64,000 nucleotides of DNA from an uncultured Candidatus Saccharibacteria bacterium (GCA_964651655.1 CAZYVS010000001.1:77173-141172); one strand, 5' to 3'. Shown: positions 9,772-19,890, counted from the first letter of the stretch. The notes: generated from the sequence alone by a model not told the origin. A program made the numbers and translations.

Positions 9772-10164
9772 TTAATAAGTCAACGACATCGGCCAAGGAG
9801 TTGGGATAGCCAGAAGCATCAGAATCGCTCCGAGAATTGCCAAGTTTTTCATAAACTGAACTTGTTCCATCATACGCGTCTGTCCTTCCTCTTTCCAAAA
9901 AGCGTGCATGGTAAAGGTAACCGGGACAAAGAAAAGCACCAGAGCGGCAATACCGGCCGCAACGCGCACTCCAGTGATGATAGTATAGCCGCCGAAAAGA
10001 AGTAGGAGACCAGAAACAATAACCGCCATTTTTGCCATAGGAACTTTCTTGGATTCCGCATAAGGGGTCAGCATTGAAACATTTACCAAATGATTGTATG
10101 CGTTATACAAAAAATAACTCCCAAACAAAAGCCGACCAATAAAAAATATTATTTCCGTGTTCAT
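9772..10164 (-). CDS. DoxX family membrane protein
   Basis: 130 aa with 4 TM segments. FGSYFLYNAYNHL…, typical of DoxX. Confidence 0.7.
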   Translation of the reverse strand: MNTEIIFFIGRLLFGSYFLYNAYNHLVNVSMLTPYAESKKVPMAKMAVIVSGLLLLFGGYTIITGVRVAAGIAALVLFFVPVTFTMHAFWKEEGQTRMMEQVQFMKNLAILGAILMLLAIPTPWPMSLTY

Positions 10165-10326
10165 ATAATCTTAATCATCTAATAAGTTTGTATATTTTAG
10201 CATTTGACAAGATTAAATACCTATACTTGTATTTTTCCAACACTTGTTGTATAACTTTGCTAGACAGTATAGAGGTTCTGCGAATTAACTTGACTTGAGG
10301 CACCTACGTGGTGCGAGGAGGTTTAG

Positions 10327-11322
10327 ATGATTGGTTTTATCTTGGCCGCTCTATTTATTTGGGGTCTCGCCTTGCTCCTTAGAGCAATAGCGAGTCGGGA
10401 AAACCCAACTATCGTCACTTTTGTCCCTGCTCAGATGCACGCGTTAGTGACGACAAAGAGTAATAAAGAAACGGATGTAACAAAGGGTGGAGGCAACATC
10501 GTCGATGCTATTCACGCTGTTCCCGGGAGAATACTAGACAAGTCTCCGATGGATCCCATGAATTGGTATTACAAGCTCGGCAGAGAATCCAGAGGAATTC
10601 TGTACTACCTGCTAGGAATTCAATTTATTGGAATCTTTCGGTATCTGCGCCTCAATGACGTGCGAACTTTCCGATTCGGTCGAAAAGATGAGGAAAGTGC
10701 ATATCGTCTACAGGCTAAGAGTGATCAGACTCGTTATGTTTTTTTCTCGGGTCAACATGATATACAAATTGAGGGTGTCGAAACAACTGGAATTCTCAAG
10801 ATTAATCTTCTTTTTAATCTGATCTATGAGGAGATCTTTCCAGTCAGGGTACGACTCCGAACAGCCGACCCTTATGCCGTTCTGACTATGATGGTGACTA
10901 GATTAGTCATCAGTAAGGTTGGCGGCACCGACCCAAAACTGCTTATCGCCGAGGAAACACGCCAGCGGGAATTGGCCGATGCTATACAGGAAATCGATCT
11001 TATAGTCGAAGAACAACTCGGTATTAGAATCATAAAGGTTACCCTGGCTGATGTGGCTTTCGACGCCGAGACTCAGAAGTTTCTCGAACTCGAGACCAGG
11101 ACACGTTTACAGAATGAAGCAGCTGTAGCGGTCGCCACTAAGGACAGGACAGTCCAGATTCTTGCCAATGATGCGGCTGCAGACCGAGTTGAGCGAGTGA
11201 TAAGACCTACAGCCGAGAACGATCGCACTGTAGCTGTACGAGTCGCCGAGGCGTATGAAAACAACAAGGTGGTAACAACATATGCGCCAGGAGCAAGTGC
11301 TATGTTGCCACTCGGGAAGTAG
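10327..11322 (+). CDS. SPFH/band-7 (prohibitin/HflK/C-like) domain membrane protein
   Basis: N-terminal TM, then a band-7-like region followed by a coiled-coil-rich tail. GGAGG RBS upstream. Confidence 0.6.
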   Translation: MIGFILAALFIWGLALLLRAIASRENPTIVTFVPAQMHALVTTKSNKETDVTKGGGNIVDAIHAVPGRILDKSPMDPMNWYYKLGRESRGILYYLLGIQFIGIFRYLRLNDVRTFRFGRKDEESAYRLQAKSDQTRYVFFSGQHDIQIEGVETTGILKINLLFNLIYEEIFPVRVRLRTADPYAVLTMMVTRLVISKVGGTDPKLLIAEETRQRELADAIQEIDLIVEEQLGIRIIKVTLADVAFDAETQKFLELETRTRLQNEAAVAVATKDRTVQILANDAAADRVERVIRPTAENDRTVAVRVAEAYENNKVVTTYAPGASAMLPLGK

Positions 11323-11337
11323 CTAAATAGGTGTGGT

Positions 11338-11375
11338 GGGGCCGGGCGGTATCGCCCGGCCCTCTTTGTATTTGC
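11338..11375 (+). terminator. intrinsic terminator (GGGCCGGGCG-GTAT-CGCCCGGCCC + T-rich)
   Basis: Read directly, downstream of the SPFH gene. Confidence 0.6.
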
Positions 11376-11435
11376 AAGTTGTATTAAATCATGATATAAT
11401 ACTGGCAGAATAGGACGAGCATTTGGAGGTAAATT

Positions 11436-12023
11436 ATGAAAAACTGGCGGAATACGACCGAAGTGGTCTTTTTGCTCATTTTTTTTATCGGTCTGGCCCG
11501 ATGGCTAGATAGAGCCACCAGCGACGCGATCGCCCAAATTAGATCTATTCCCCTTCACTATTTATGGTGGGGACTTGGAATAACAGTTGGCTTAGTTCTC
11601 CTCGTCTGGCTCTTTCGGAGCCTAGCGCAAAGGAACTACGCGGGTAAGACGTTAAGACGTCTAAGGCCTGGGTGGATAATTGCTATCACATTAATGGCAA
11701 TATACCTGACCTTCGCCTTCAGATACTACCCCTGGGAACCGGAATCGAAATTGCAGAGTTTCGATCCTGCCAAACCAAAGATTCCAGCCAAGGCGGACAA
11801 TACTTTCATGGTAGTTGTCCGTCCCGGACAGCCGGCGAGGGTCGAACTGGAACCGAATTGGATGGTGGTCTGGTGGGGAGACAAATCCAGATTCACTAGT
11901 CGCGCTGAATGGCGCGATAAGATCAAAATTCGAGTCTTTGAAGTTCGACCGGGAGTGGAATATGCGAATGTTAAAGTTCACATATACCACGATCCGGACC
12001 CGCTGTGGTACACGCGCCAATAA
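11436..12023 (+). CDS. membrane protein, possibly a short NfeD-like partner of the SPFH protein
   Basis: Two N-terminal TM helices plus a beta-rich C-terminal ~90 aa. Placement immediately downstream of the SPFH gene is typical of NfeD. No motif-level support. Confidence 0.35.
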   Translation: MKNWRNTTEVVFLLIFFIGLARWLDRATSDAIAQIRSIPLHYLWWGLGITVGLVLLVWLFRSLAQRNYAGKTLRRLRPGWIIAITLMAIYLTFAFRYYPWEPESKLQSFDPAKPKIPAKADNTFMVVVRPGQPARVELEPNWMVVWWGDKSRFTSRAEWRDKIKIRVFEVRPGVEYANVKVHIYHDPDPLWYTRQ

Positions 12024-12040
12024 AAGCGCGTGGCACTACA

Positions 12041-12076
12041 AGAGCGCCCCGAGTTTATCGAGGGGCGCTCTTTTTT
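12041..12076. terminator. bidirectional terminator hairpin (AGAGCGCCCC…GGGGCGCTCT + T6)
   Basis: Lies between convergent genes. Confidence 0.55.
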
Positions 12077-12077
12077 A

Positions 12078-12356
12078 TTAATAAGACGGATAGTTCAACG
12101 GATAGTTAGGGACAGGGATGCCGAAAGTGCCGAGAATTAAGCGTATCAATCCGTAAGCGGAAATCATGATAAACATACCGAAAATTCCCCAGAAGATTTT
12201 CCTTTTACCTTCTTCCCTGCCAGCATCCGCAGTTTCGGAAGAAATGAACTGAAATATACCCCAAAAAAACACCAGAAAGGCAACGGCAAAAACCAACAGA
12301 ATGAGAGGATTGAGTATGAACTGATTAATCTTGTTAAGTAGAGTGGTAATACTCAT
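12078..12356 (-). CDS. small two-TM pilin-like protein (CPR 'T4SS pilin'/VirB2-TrbC-like family), paralog 1 of 4
   Basis: Shared motif F(F/I)WG(I/L)xxFI…GGDE/ETAD…K(K/I)xxWG(L/I)(I/V)ALFVMIS(V/A)WG(L/I)IR(L/F). Confidence 0.5.
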   Translation of the reverse strand: MSITTLLNKINQFILNPLILLVFAVAFLVFFWGIFQFISSETADAGREEGKRKIFWGIFGMFIMISAYGLIRLILGTFGIPVPNYPLNYPSY

Positions 12357-12387
12357 CCCGTTAGAAGTTTACTAACCTCTCTAAGCC

Positions 12388-12732
12388 TTAAAGACCCGGC
12401 ACTGTCGGCACAATGATAGTATCACCTTGATTGACACCGAGAGCGGTACCAATGAAGCGGACTAGACCCCAGACAGAAATCATTACAAATAAGGCGATCA
12501 AACCCCAGAGCATGATTTTCTTGGCGTCCGCTTTAGCAGTTTCATCGCCTTGGGCGAAGATAAATTTGACCAATCCCCAGAAGAACGCCAGAAGCGCTAT
12601 ACCGACGACGATAGGAAGCGCCAGATTGACCAATCTGCCGATAGACTGCACCAGTGTTTGTATGTTACTAAGCGACTGGGCAAAGACCAGTGCCGGAGCA
12701 AGCGCCAACGCAATAGGAATAACTTTTTTCAT
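12388..12732 (-). CDS. small pilin-like protein paralog 2, with an N-terminal signal peptide
   Basis: MKKVIPIALALAPALVFAQS signal peptide, then the same FFWGLVKFIF…WGLIALFVMISVWGLVRFI motif. The ORF track extends to 12789, but the internal Met with the signal peptide is the likelier start. Confidence 0.5.
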   Translation of the reverse strand: MKKVIPIALALAPALVFAQSLSNIQTLVQSIGRLVNLALPIVVGIALLAFFWGLVKFIFAQGDETAKADAKKIMLWGLIALFVMISVWGLVRFIGTALGVNQGDTIIVPTVPGL

Positions 12733-12810
12733 TTTATTATTTTTATTATACCTAAACGGTATGGCTACATGATACGACGAGGCGGACAAACGCGCAACAT
12801 AGTTATCCCC

Positions 12811-13146
12811 TTATTCTAAAGTCCAGATGATTGAATTATCACTCGGGAATACGTAATTGGAATTTGTGCCGGAAGTCGGCAAAGAAGAGGAACCGCCGGC
12901 AGGAAGATTGAGTTCTATCTGAACGAGACGGATTATCCCCCAAACCGATATCATGACAAAAAGGGCGATCAGTCCCCAAATCATGAGCTGTTTACCGCCC
13001 TCTATTGCATTTTCATCTCCGCCGACGCGAAAGATGAACTTAATCAGGCCCCAAATAAATACCAGCAAAGCGACACCGACTAATATGACAATAAGCGGAT
13101 TAATCAAACTGCCGACAGCGGTAATAAGGTCTTTGATTCCGGTCAT
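12811..13146 (-). CDS. small pilin-like protein paralog 3
   Basis: FIWGLIKFIFRVGGDENAIEGGKQLMIWGLIALFVMISVWGIIRLV. Confidence 0.5.
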   Translation of the reverse strand: MTGIKDLITAVGSLINPLIVILVGVALLVFIWGLIKFIFRVGGDENAIEGGKQLMIWGLIALFVMISVWGIIRLVQIELNLPAGGSSSLPTSGTNSNYVFPSDNSIIWTLE

Positions 13147-13161
13147 TTTAAATTTTTTTAA

Positions 13162-13455
13162 TTAATTATAAGTGGGTAAAAGCGGCGGACCAAACGGCCG
13201 GCCAAAACCAAAGTCTCTGTACAGGAAAGCGAGTATTCCCATCAATGACAATAGGATGAAGAGCGCGACGAGCCCCCAAATCATAAGTTTCTTGCCCTCT
13301 CCAACGGCCTTTTCATCGCCGCCGATACGGAAGATAAATTTGGCCAAACCCCAAAAGAAAACCAGGAGAGCAAAACCTGCAACCACGGGCAGAGCCGTCC
13401 GTATCAAGTCTATAAATATATCCGCTAAGTCTTTGAAGTTGCTTGGAGTATTCAT
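13162..13455 (-). CDS. small pilin-like protein paralog 4
   Basis: FFWGLAKFIFRIGGDEKAVGEGKKLMIWGLVALFILLSLMGILAFL. Confidence 0.5.
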   Translation of the reverse strand: MNTPSNFKDLADIFIDLIRTALPVVAGFALLVFFWGLAKFIFRIGGDEKAVGEGKKLMIWGLVALFILLSLMGILAFLYRDFGFGRPFGPPLLPTYN

Positions 13456-13474
13456 TTATAGTGAGTTTATCGCA

Positions 13475-13852
13475 CTATCTTAATTGGTTAATGGTATTTT
13501 CTATCACCTGCGCGATCACCCAAGAACCGAGAAGCACCGCTGTGCCTACGGATGTGTAAAGAAGCGCTTTATGAGCCGTCGCAAGTTTAGTCTGGTTACC
13601 TTGCGCTGTGACATAAAGAAAACCGGAATAGATGAAGGCCAGCACCGCAAGCACTCCGCCGATAGGCAAAAGAATATCATTGATAACTTTACGTAGAAGA
13701 GTGAACAGCGTGCAATCGGCTCCGCCGCAATTGAAAGGATTCGGAAGATTCACTCTTACATCCAGATTGCCTTGCGCCAAAACCGAAAACGCTCCAATAG
13801 CAAAGAAAATCAAGAGTGACACGACAACGACTGATAGTTTTTTTATACTCAT
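13475..13852 (-). CDS. TrbC/VirB2-like conjugative-pilin-type protein (signal peptide, Cys pair, two hydrophobic segments)
   Basis: Signal peptide, NPFNCGGADC, then two hydrophobic segments. Confidence 0.45.
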   Translation of the reverse strand: MSIKKLSVVVVSLLIFFAIGAFSVLAQGNLDVRVNLPNPFNCGGADCTLFTLLRKVINDILLPIGGVLAVLAFIYSGFLYVTAQGNQTKLATAHKALLYTSVGTAVLLGSWVIAQVIENTINQLR

Positions 13853-13853
13853 G

Positions 13854-14183
13854 TTATGGCGCGCCCAAGATAGAAAATCCGGGATTAAGCAAGGCGCTGG
13901 TTATAGTGTAAACCACAAGCCAGGCACCCAGTATCCACAGGTAACCCTTGAGCACTTTTTTAAAGACATCTTTGGCCTTGTCTCTTTGACCCTCACTTCC
14001 ACCAGACGTCAGGAGGATAAAACCGGCGTAAGCGAAGGCGGCTGTGGCTAGAAAGGTGGAGAGGATAACCAAGGCATTTATCAGATTTTTAGCAAGCAGA
14101 ATAAGATGTCCGAAAGTGCAGGGGTCAGCCGTTGTACCTTGGCACACAATAAGATTCGGAATTTGAGCTAATAGTTCATTCAT
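13854..14183 (-). CDS. TrbC/VirB2-like pilin-type protein, paralog of the preceding gene
   Basis: CQGTTADPC, then two hydrophobic segments. Shares a 26-nt conserved start-region element with the gene at 13162-13455. Confidence 0.45.
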   Translation of the reverse strand: MNELLAQIPNLIVCQGTTADPCTFGHLILLAKNLINALVILSTFLATAAFAYAGFILLTSGGSEGQRDKAKDVFKKVLKGYLWILGAWLVVYTITSALLNPGFSILGAP

Positions 14184-14202
14184 TTATAGTGAGTTCATCG
14201 AA

Positions 14203-15483
14203 CTATTTGATTAACGCTTCAACTTCGCGATTCATTTTATTTACCGCCTCAAAAATTCGAGCCCGACCGCTGGTCACGGACTCAATCGCCTCGCGAAAAA
14301 TCGTTTCGGTCGCCGCGGTATCCGGATCAAGCCAACCTTTGGATTGCAAAGCCGCGTCGTAAAAAACGGGGAAAATCGCATCGGTCGGTTTTTGAGAAAG
14401 AAGGTCGCGCCGCGCCGGCGGTAATGAAAGAATTCCTGATAAAGCCAGCTCCACTTCCTTTGAAGCCAACTTAACCGCAAGGGCCAGCGCCGCGCCAGGA
14501 TTCGAAGAGCCGCGAGAGACGGCTATTCCTCGCAGACGGCCGAAAGTAACGGCTTTGCCGGAAACTCTGGACTGCGGCACGGCGGTAATGCCAAAATTCA
14601 GAACCGGATTTTTATTCCTTAACACGCGAAGTTCTGAAGCAAAACCCAGATAATATGCGGAATCGCCACTCGTAAAATTGGTCTGAGCGTCAATCAACGA
14701 GCGATTCCAGCTGTAGTAAACTTTCGCCGGATTGGAGAATTGCGTATAAAAATCAAGCGAACTTTCGCCGGGCGAAGCCAGAAGACCGAAATTATTGGCA
14801 ATTTGCGGACGCAATTCTTTATTGACAAAACTGGTGATGGGCGTACCGGCCTGTAACATGAGAAGCGACAAAATGTCCTTGGCGTGAGAAATATTTTGGG
14901 CCTCACCCAAAGCCATGACCGATAGAACCAAGTTTCCGGCCGCATCTCTCTTGGAAAGATTGGCGGCGGCGGCGTAAATTTCATCCCAATATCGTATGGC
15001 TTGTGCTTGTCCGGCGGCTGAAAGCAAATCTCTGTTGTGGTAGAGCACTAATGGATCAACGGAGAGCGGCAATGCATAGATCCCGCCTTCATCAAGGAAA
15101 AGTTCTCCCTCTTCTATAAATGTCGTTTTGAAATCACGTTCGCTGATATTTGAGTAAGGAATAAGATAAAGTTTGGCCTTATTTTTCCAAAGTTTGTCTT
15201 GAGTCAAAATGACAAGGTCGGGACCCGCCCCCCGCGCCAGCGCTTCGGTAAACTCCGCATCAATTGTTTCAAACGACTTCTCTACATAACTGATGTTAAA
15301 CATCCTGTCTTGAGTAATGACTGTCGTATTGAGCAAACGACTAAAATCTTCCGCGGAAATATCTCCCCAAATTATCATGGGAATATCCTCATTACTAGAA
15401 CCGCGATAGAGAGAAAAAACAATCACCCCGAGAACGATAAATACCGCAAAGACGGCAACTAGAATTATTTGAAACTTGGACAT
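14203..15483 (-). CDS. extracellular solute-binding protein (ABC transporter SBP family 1-like), membrane-anchored
   Basis: N-terminal TM anchor and SBP_bac_1-like periplasmic domain (…DPLVLYHNRDLL…). Confidence 0.55.
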   Translation of the reverse strand: MSKFQIILVAVFAVFIVLGVIVFSLYRGSSNEDIPMIIWGDISAEDFSRLLNTTVITQDRMFNISYVEKSFETIDAEFTEALARGAGPDLVILTQDKLWKNKAKLYLIPYSNISERDFKTTFIEEGELFLDEGGIYALPLSVDPLVLYHNRDLLSAAGQAQAIRYWDEIYAAAANLSKRDAAGNLVLSVMALGEAQNISHAKDILSLLMLQAGTPITSFVNKELRPQIANNFGLLASPGESSLDFYTQFSNPAKVYYSWNRSLIDAQTNFTSGDSAYYLGFASELRVLRNKNPVLNFGITAVPQSRVSGKAVTFGRLRGIAVSRGSSNPGAALALAVKLASKEVELALSGILSLPPARRDLLSQKPTDAIFPVFYDAALQSKGWLDPDTAATETIFREAIESVTSGRARIFEAVNKMNREVEALIK

Positions 15484-15562
15484 ATGTTAATTGTATAACA
15501 CAAAGTTCAATTTACAATCCTTCTTTCATCCACATTTAATATTTAATCTTTAATCTATATTG

Positions 15563-15582
15563 TACGATCGTGAATAATAGCA
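15563..15582. promoter_or_regulatory. 20-nt motif TACGATCGTGAATAATAGCA (contains 10-bp palindrome TACGATCGTG/CACGATCGTA) upstream of the SBP gene; second copy at 16222-16241
   Basis: Direct repeat found ~80 nt upstream of the SBP start and ~33 nt upstream of the PaaX-like gene start. Confidence 0.4.
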
Positions 15583-15598
15583 CGAAAGAAAAAATGGG

Positions 15599-16189
15599 TT
15601 AAACTTTGAACCCAAAAAACTTTTTGAGCCATGTATCATTTTCTATCTCATCTACCACTAGATACAACAGATTTCTGCCTAATTCAAAATTTGTCTTCAA
15701 GAGAATTACGAAATCTTCGCAATCATAAGGATAAACCCAGACACTCTTCTGTAATTTTACAAATCCAATCTTACTGAGAGTTATACGAAGCCGGTCTCTG
15801 GTCCTTCTTTGTTTCTCTCCAATATCGAAAATAATGACGCGCCACTTCCGATCCCAGTGTTTTGGTTTTTTCAAATTAAAATTACATGCTTCAAGAGTAT
15901 TCAATTGTCGTCTTCCCTTCTCCGTGATTGCGAGATATTTTTTACCATTTGGAGCATCCTGAAACTTTAATGATTGATTCTTGAGGAGTCTTTTCATTGA
16001 CCTACTTAAATTAGAATTACGGGTGTATTGACCACGTTCAACTAAACCCAATTGACCAAGTGCTTGTAGGGCATTGGGTGCTAAAACTGCGACACCTAAC
16101 ATACCCGCCACTGCCACGGAACTAAGAAGAATTTTTTGGAGATTTTCCTTTCTAACTCTTTTTTTTATTTCAGTTTCTATTTTTCCCAT
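15599..16189 (-). CDS. PaaX-like regulator-family protein (PaaX C-terminal-like domain)
   Basis: WDRKWRVIIFDIGEKQRRTRDRLRITLSKIGFVKLQKSVWVYP resembles the PaaX C-terminal consensus (W…W.lv.f.vpe..R..Rd.lr..L…GF..l..gvWi.P). The N-terminal part is hydrophobic. Confidence 0.4.
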   Translation of the reverse strand: MGKIETEIKKRVRKENLQKILLSSVAVAGMLGVAVLAPNALQALGQLGLVERGQYTRNSNLSRSMKRLLKNQSLKFQDAPNGKKYLAITEKGRRQLNTLEACNFNLKKPKHWDRKWRVIIFDIGEKQRRTRDRLRITLSKIGFVKLQKSVWVYPYDCEDFVILLKTNFELGRNLLYLVVDEIENDTWLKKFFGFKV

Positions 16190-16221
16190 AACTCATATAT
16201 CTCGGACTATCATCTATCATA

Positions 16222-16241
16222 TACGATCGTGAAAAATAGCA
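16222..16241. promoter_or_regulatory. second copy of the TACGATCGTGAAAAATAGCA motif, upstream of the PaaX-like gene
   Basis: See 15563-15582. Confidence 0.4.
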
Positions 16242-16293
16242 TAACAAACACAAAACCACTACGACCATAAATATAAAAATTGAGTAAATTATT

Positions 16294-18786
16294 TTATAGA
16301 CAAATTAGGGAGGCTATTGAGTCGCCTTCACGCAATTTCATAATCCTTACCCCTTGGGTTTGGCGACCCAAAAGAGGAATCTCTTTTAATCCCACTCTGA
16401 CAACTTGACTCTTTTTAGAAATGGCGATAACTTCGTCTTCTTCCCCGGTTACCACCTGCGAAGCGATTACTTGTCCGGTTTTGGGCGTAATCTTAGAAGT
16501 AAGAACTCCGGAACCTCCCCTACCTTGCACTTTATACTCGGAAAGATTGGTGCGTTTGCCATAACCATTGGCGGAAATAACCAAAAGATGGCCCAATTTC
16601 CACTCCGGTTTAATCACGTGGGCTCCCACTACCACATCACCCCTATCTTCACCTCGCCTTGGTGGGGCGAGTTTGATGCTCCGTACTCCTCCGGCATTGC
16701 GACCCATTTCGCGAATGGCCGATTCTTTGAATCGTATTGATTGGCCCTTCTTTGTCACGATTGAAATATCATCCCCCCTCTCAACAAGTTCGGCCGAAAT
16801 CAACTTGTCTCCGGCCGCCAGTTTAATGGCAATAATGCCGGAAGAGCGCACGTCTTTGAAACTCTTGGTGGACACCTTCTTGGCCGTTCCCCTTTCTGTT
16901 ACCATAAACAACGAACCTTCACGAGTTGAGGAAAGTTTGGGCATCTCCAATATTGAAGTGACCTTTTCATCATCGGAAAGAGCAATGAAGTTCATCACGG
17001 ACTTGCCGCGCGTGGCGCGTTTGCCTTCCGGTATATCATACATCTTGATTTGATACACCTTGCCCTTGTCGGTAAAGAAAAGCAGGTCGGCGTGCGTGCT
17101 CGCCGTCAGAAAGTTGGTGACAAAATCTTCTTCTTTGGTATCAAGATCCATCACTCCGACACCGCCGCGCTTTTGACGCCTGTATTCGTCCGGATTAATG
17201 CGTTTGATATACCCGCCCGATGTCAGAACCAGCGTGTTTTCCTCCTCCGGCACCAGATCTTCAACAGACAAAACTTTCACCCCCCCTTTGATTACTTTGG
17301 TGCGACGCTCGTCGCCATACTTCTGTTTGACATCTTCCAGTTCGTTCTTAACCACTTTCAAAATTTTGGCCGGCGATGCTAACAATTCTTTCATTTCCTT
17401 AATAAAGGCTTGCGCTTCCTTGAGCTCGTTTTCAACTTTCTGACGTTCCAAACCGGCAAGCTTCTGAAGCCTCATTTCTAAAATGGCATTGGCCTGCAGT
17501 TCGGAAAGTTTGAATTCTTTCATCAGGCCGGCGCGGGCATCATCCACCGTCTTGGAAGCGCGGATAAGTTTAATCACCTTGTCTATATTATCGAGCGCAA
17601 TGGTCAGACCAAGCAGGATATGCTCGCGCTCCTGGGCCCGAGCCAGGTCAAAGGCGGCGCGACGCTTGACCACCGTTTCCCGGTGCTTGAGAAATTCAAT
17701 AAGCATACTCTTGAGCGAAAGCGTCTGCGGCACGCCGTCCACAAGAGCTACCAGATTAAAGTGAAAAGTGTCTTCCAGTTGAGTATGTTTATACAAAGTA
17801 TTCAAAACTTTCTGCGGTTGGCTGCCGTTCTTGAGATCAATCACAATGCGAATATCTTTGGTGGATTCATCACGAAGACCTTTGATACCTTCAATCTTTT
17901 TGTCTCTCACCAGGTCGGCAATGCCGGCTATCAGAGATTCGGCTTTATTGACTCTATAGGGAATTTCCGTAATTATGATTTGGAAATTACCGGCCTTATT
18001 CTCAACGATATCAGCCACTCCCCTCGCCACTACACCGCCTCGGCCGGTGGTGTAAGCGTGATGAATATCCTTTTCGTTGAAAATAATACCGCCGGTTGGA
18101 AAATCCGGTCCTTTGATAAATTTTAACAAATCCTCTGTCGTTGCCTCGTGATGGTCGGCAAGATAAATAGTGGCATCGACCACTTCCGTCAGATTGTGAG
18201 GTGGAATACTCGTAGCCATGCCTACAGCAATACCCAAAGTGCCGTTGAGTAGAAGATTGGGTGCCACCGCCGGCAGAACGACGGGTTCCAGTTGAGTGCT
18301 ATCATAATTGGGGCGAAAATCCACAGTGTCCTTATCGATATCTTTAAGCATTTCTCCGGCTAGACGCGACATCTTCGCCTCGGTATAACGCATGGCCGCC
18401 GGACTATCGCCGTCTATGGAACCAAAGTTTCCTTGACCGATAACCAGGGGGTAACGCATTGAAAAATCTTGCGCCATTTTAACCATTGAGTCATAGACCG
18501 CCACATCGCCGTGCGGATGATATTTACCCAACACTTCGCCGACCACCGTTGCGGATTTTCGTGTCTTGGCTCCGGCATTAAGACCAATTTCATTCATGGC
18601 GTAAAGAATGCGGCGGTGAACCGGCTTGAGACCATCGCGCACATCAGGCAGGGCGCGATCGGTGATAACCGACATGGCATAATCAATAAACGACTCCTTC
18701 ATCTCGCTGGTGATCGCGCGAGTAATAACTCTGTTTTTATCTCCGGGACTGGGGGAAAATTCTTTTTCTTTCGGATTATTGGCCAT
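16294..18786 (-). CDS. gyrA: DNA gyrase subunit A
   Basis: 830 aa; …[10 protein letters not shown]…, active-site Tyr region, C-terminal beta-pinwheel repeats. Confidence 0.95.
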   Translation of the reverse strand: MANNPKEKEFSPSPGDKNRVITRAITSEMKESFIDYAMSVITDRALPDVRDGLKPVHRRILYAMNEIGLNAGAKTRKSATVVGEVLGKYHPHGDVAVYDSMVKMAQDFSMRYPLVIGQGNFGSIDGDSPAAMRYTEAKMSRLAGEMLKDIDKDTVDFRPNYDSTQLEPVVLPAVAPNLLLNGTLGIAVGMATSIPPHNLTEVVDATIYLADHHEATTEDLLKFIKGPDFPTGGIIFNEKDIHHAYTTGRGGVVARGVADIVENKAGNFQIIITEIPYRVNKAESLIAGIADLVRDKKIEGIKGLRDESTKDIRIVIDLKNGSQPQKVLNTLYKHTQLEDTFHFNLVALVDGVPQTLSLKSMLIEFLKHRETVVKRRAAFDLARAQEREHILLGLTIALDNIDKVIKLIRASKTVDDARAGLMKEFKLSELQANAILEMRLQKLAGLERQKVENELKEAQAFIKEMKELLASPAKILKVVKNELEDVKQKYGDERRTKVIKGGVKVLSVEDLVPEEENTLVLTSGGYIKRINPDEYRRQKRGGVGVMDLDTKEEDFVTNFLTASTHADLLFFTDKGKVYQIKMYDIPEGKRATRGKSVMNFIALSDDEKVTSILEMPKLSSTREGSLFMVTERGTAKKVSTKSFKDVRSSGIIAIKLAAGDKLISAELVERGDDISIVTKKGQSIRFKESAIREMGRNAGGVRSIKLAPPRRGEDRGDVVVGAHVIKPEWKLGHLLVISANGYGKRTNLSEYKVQGRGGSGVLTSKITPKTGQVIASQVVTGEEDEVIAISKKSQVVRVGLKEIPLLGRQTQGVRIMKLREGDSIASLICL

Positions 18787-19120
18787 AAAATTTTAGCGCC
18801 CCCTCTTTCATTTCCTGATATTCTTTCTGGAAATCCACCTCCTGGAAAGCGCTCTGAAGTTCTTCAAAATTGCTTTTTATTGCCTCTAAACTTGACGCTA
18901 AATTTGAACGAAATGACTGAAGCGGGCTTATTTCATTTTCCGTTATTTTGGAAGCATCGTGGGCGCCAGCATCTTTAGCCATAATTCCGTTGCTTGTGCC
19001 AAAGGTCGCCAGAGACCAAATGCCAAAAATAAAGAGAGTGATGGTACCGGAAGCCAACAACGCAAATTGTTTCTTATGGCGATCCGGTTTTTTGTGAAGT
19101 TTGGCTAGATATTTATCCAT
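18776..19120 (-). CDS. hypothetical membrane-anchored protein
   Basis: One TM segment plus a helical C-terminus. Overlaps the gyrA start by 11 nt. Confidence 0.35.
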   Translation of the reverse strand: MDKYLAKLHKKPDRHKKQFALLASGTITLFIFGIWSLATFGTSNGIMAKDAGAHDASKITENEISPLQSFRSNLASSLEAIKSNFEELQSAFQEVDFQKEYQEMKEGALKFYGQ

Positions 19121-19135
19121 ATAAAGCGGTAATTT

Positions 19136-19747
19136 CTATTCTTCTTTCAATACTATAATTTCACTTTCCTTGTTATCCAGATCCTTCTTCTTTACCACAA
19201 ACTTGTCAAGCGAATCCACTTTTGTTTCCCCGCCTTCTTTTAGAAATTGTTCCAACGCAGTTTTCGTGTAATACATCGGGATGATAACGGACGGTTCCAA
19301 CGACACCGCGAGCTTGTAAGCGGAAACTGGATCAAGAGTCTCGCCGCCGATAGGCACAAATAAAATATCAATATCTTCCATGGCCTCAAGAATCTCGTCC
19401 GGCAGAGTGGCATTAGCCAGCACGCCAAGAAAACAAAGTTTCATTCCTTCAAAAGAAATAAGATAGATAGTGTTGATTTTCTTGGCTGGACCTTCGGAAA
19501 GAAAGCCCTTTATAAAAATATTTTTTACTTCATACTCGCCCGGACCATTTATGACGAAAGAGTCTTTGTTCCCTCTGGAAGTCTGTTCGCGTCCGTTAAA
19601 ATCAGGATGATCGGCGGTAATGAGAGTAATATCAGCGCCAAATCTTGTGGTCTTGAATTTGGAATCCTTGGATATCGGATTGAGCGCTAAAGTGATATCT
19701 CCGTGAGAGATTTTGAAACATTCCGCGCCGTGATAATTGATTATCAT
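19136..19747 (-). CDS. metallo-beta-lactamase-fold metal-dependent hydrolase (UPF0173-like)
   Basis: MIINYHGAECFKISHGDITLALNP…, typical of this family. Confidence 0.7.
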   Translation of the reverse strand: MIINYHGAECFKISHGDITLALNPISKDSKFKTTRFGADITLITADHPDFNGREQTSRGNKDSFVINGPGEYEVKNIFIKGFLSEGPAKKINTIYLISFEGMKLCFLGVLANATLPDEILEAMEDIDILFVPIGGETLDPVSAYKLAVSLEPSVIIPMYYTKTALEQFLKEGGETKVDSLDKFVVKKKDLDNKESEIIVLKEE

Positions 19748-19890
19748 CTTGTCATTTTAACATAAAACGCTTGCATTGGCCAGCGCTTTCTGATAACTTA
19801 GCGAGGTGAGTTATTAGTCCCCGTTTTTGTTATCCCTCTAGGTCTGGCAACCGCAGAAGAACCTCGAGGACCGAAAACGGCCAATCCAAC

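Noticed and set aside
13453-13478. ACTCACTATA within the shared pilin-gene start element matches the T7 promoter core (CGACTCACTATAG)
   Set aside because: It is only a 10-nt identity lacking the upstream TAATACG part. No phage-type RNAP context is present. It was kept only as a conserved cis element.
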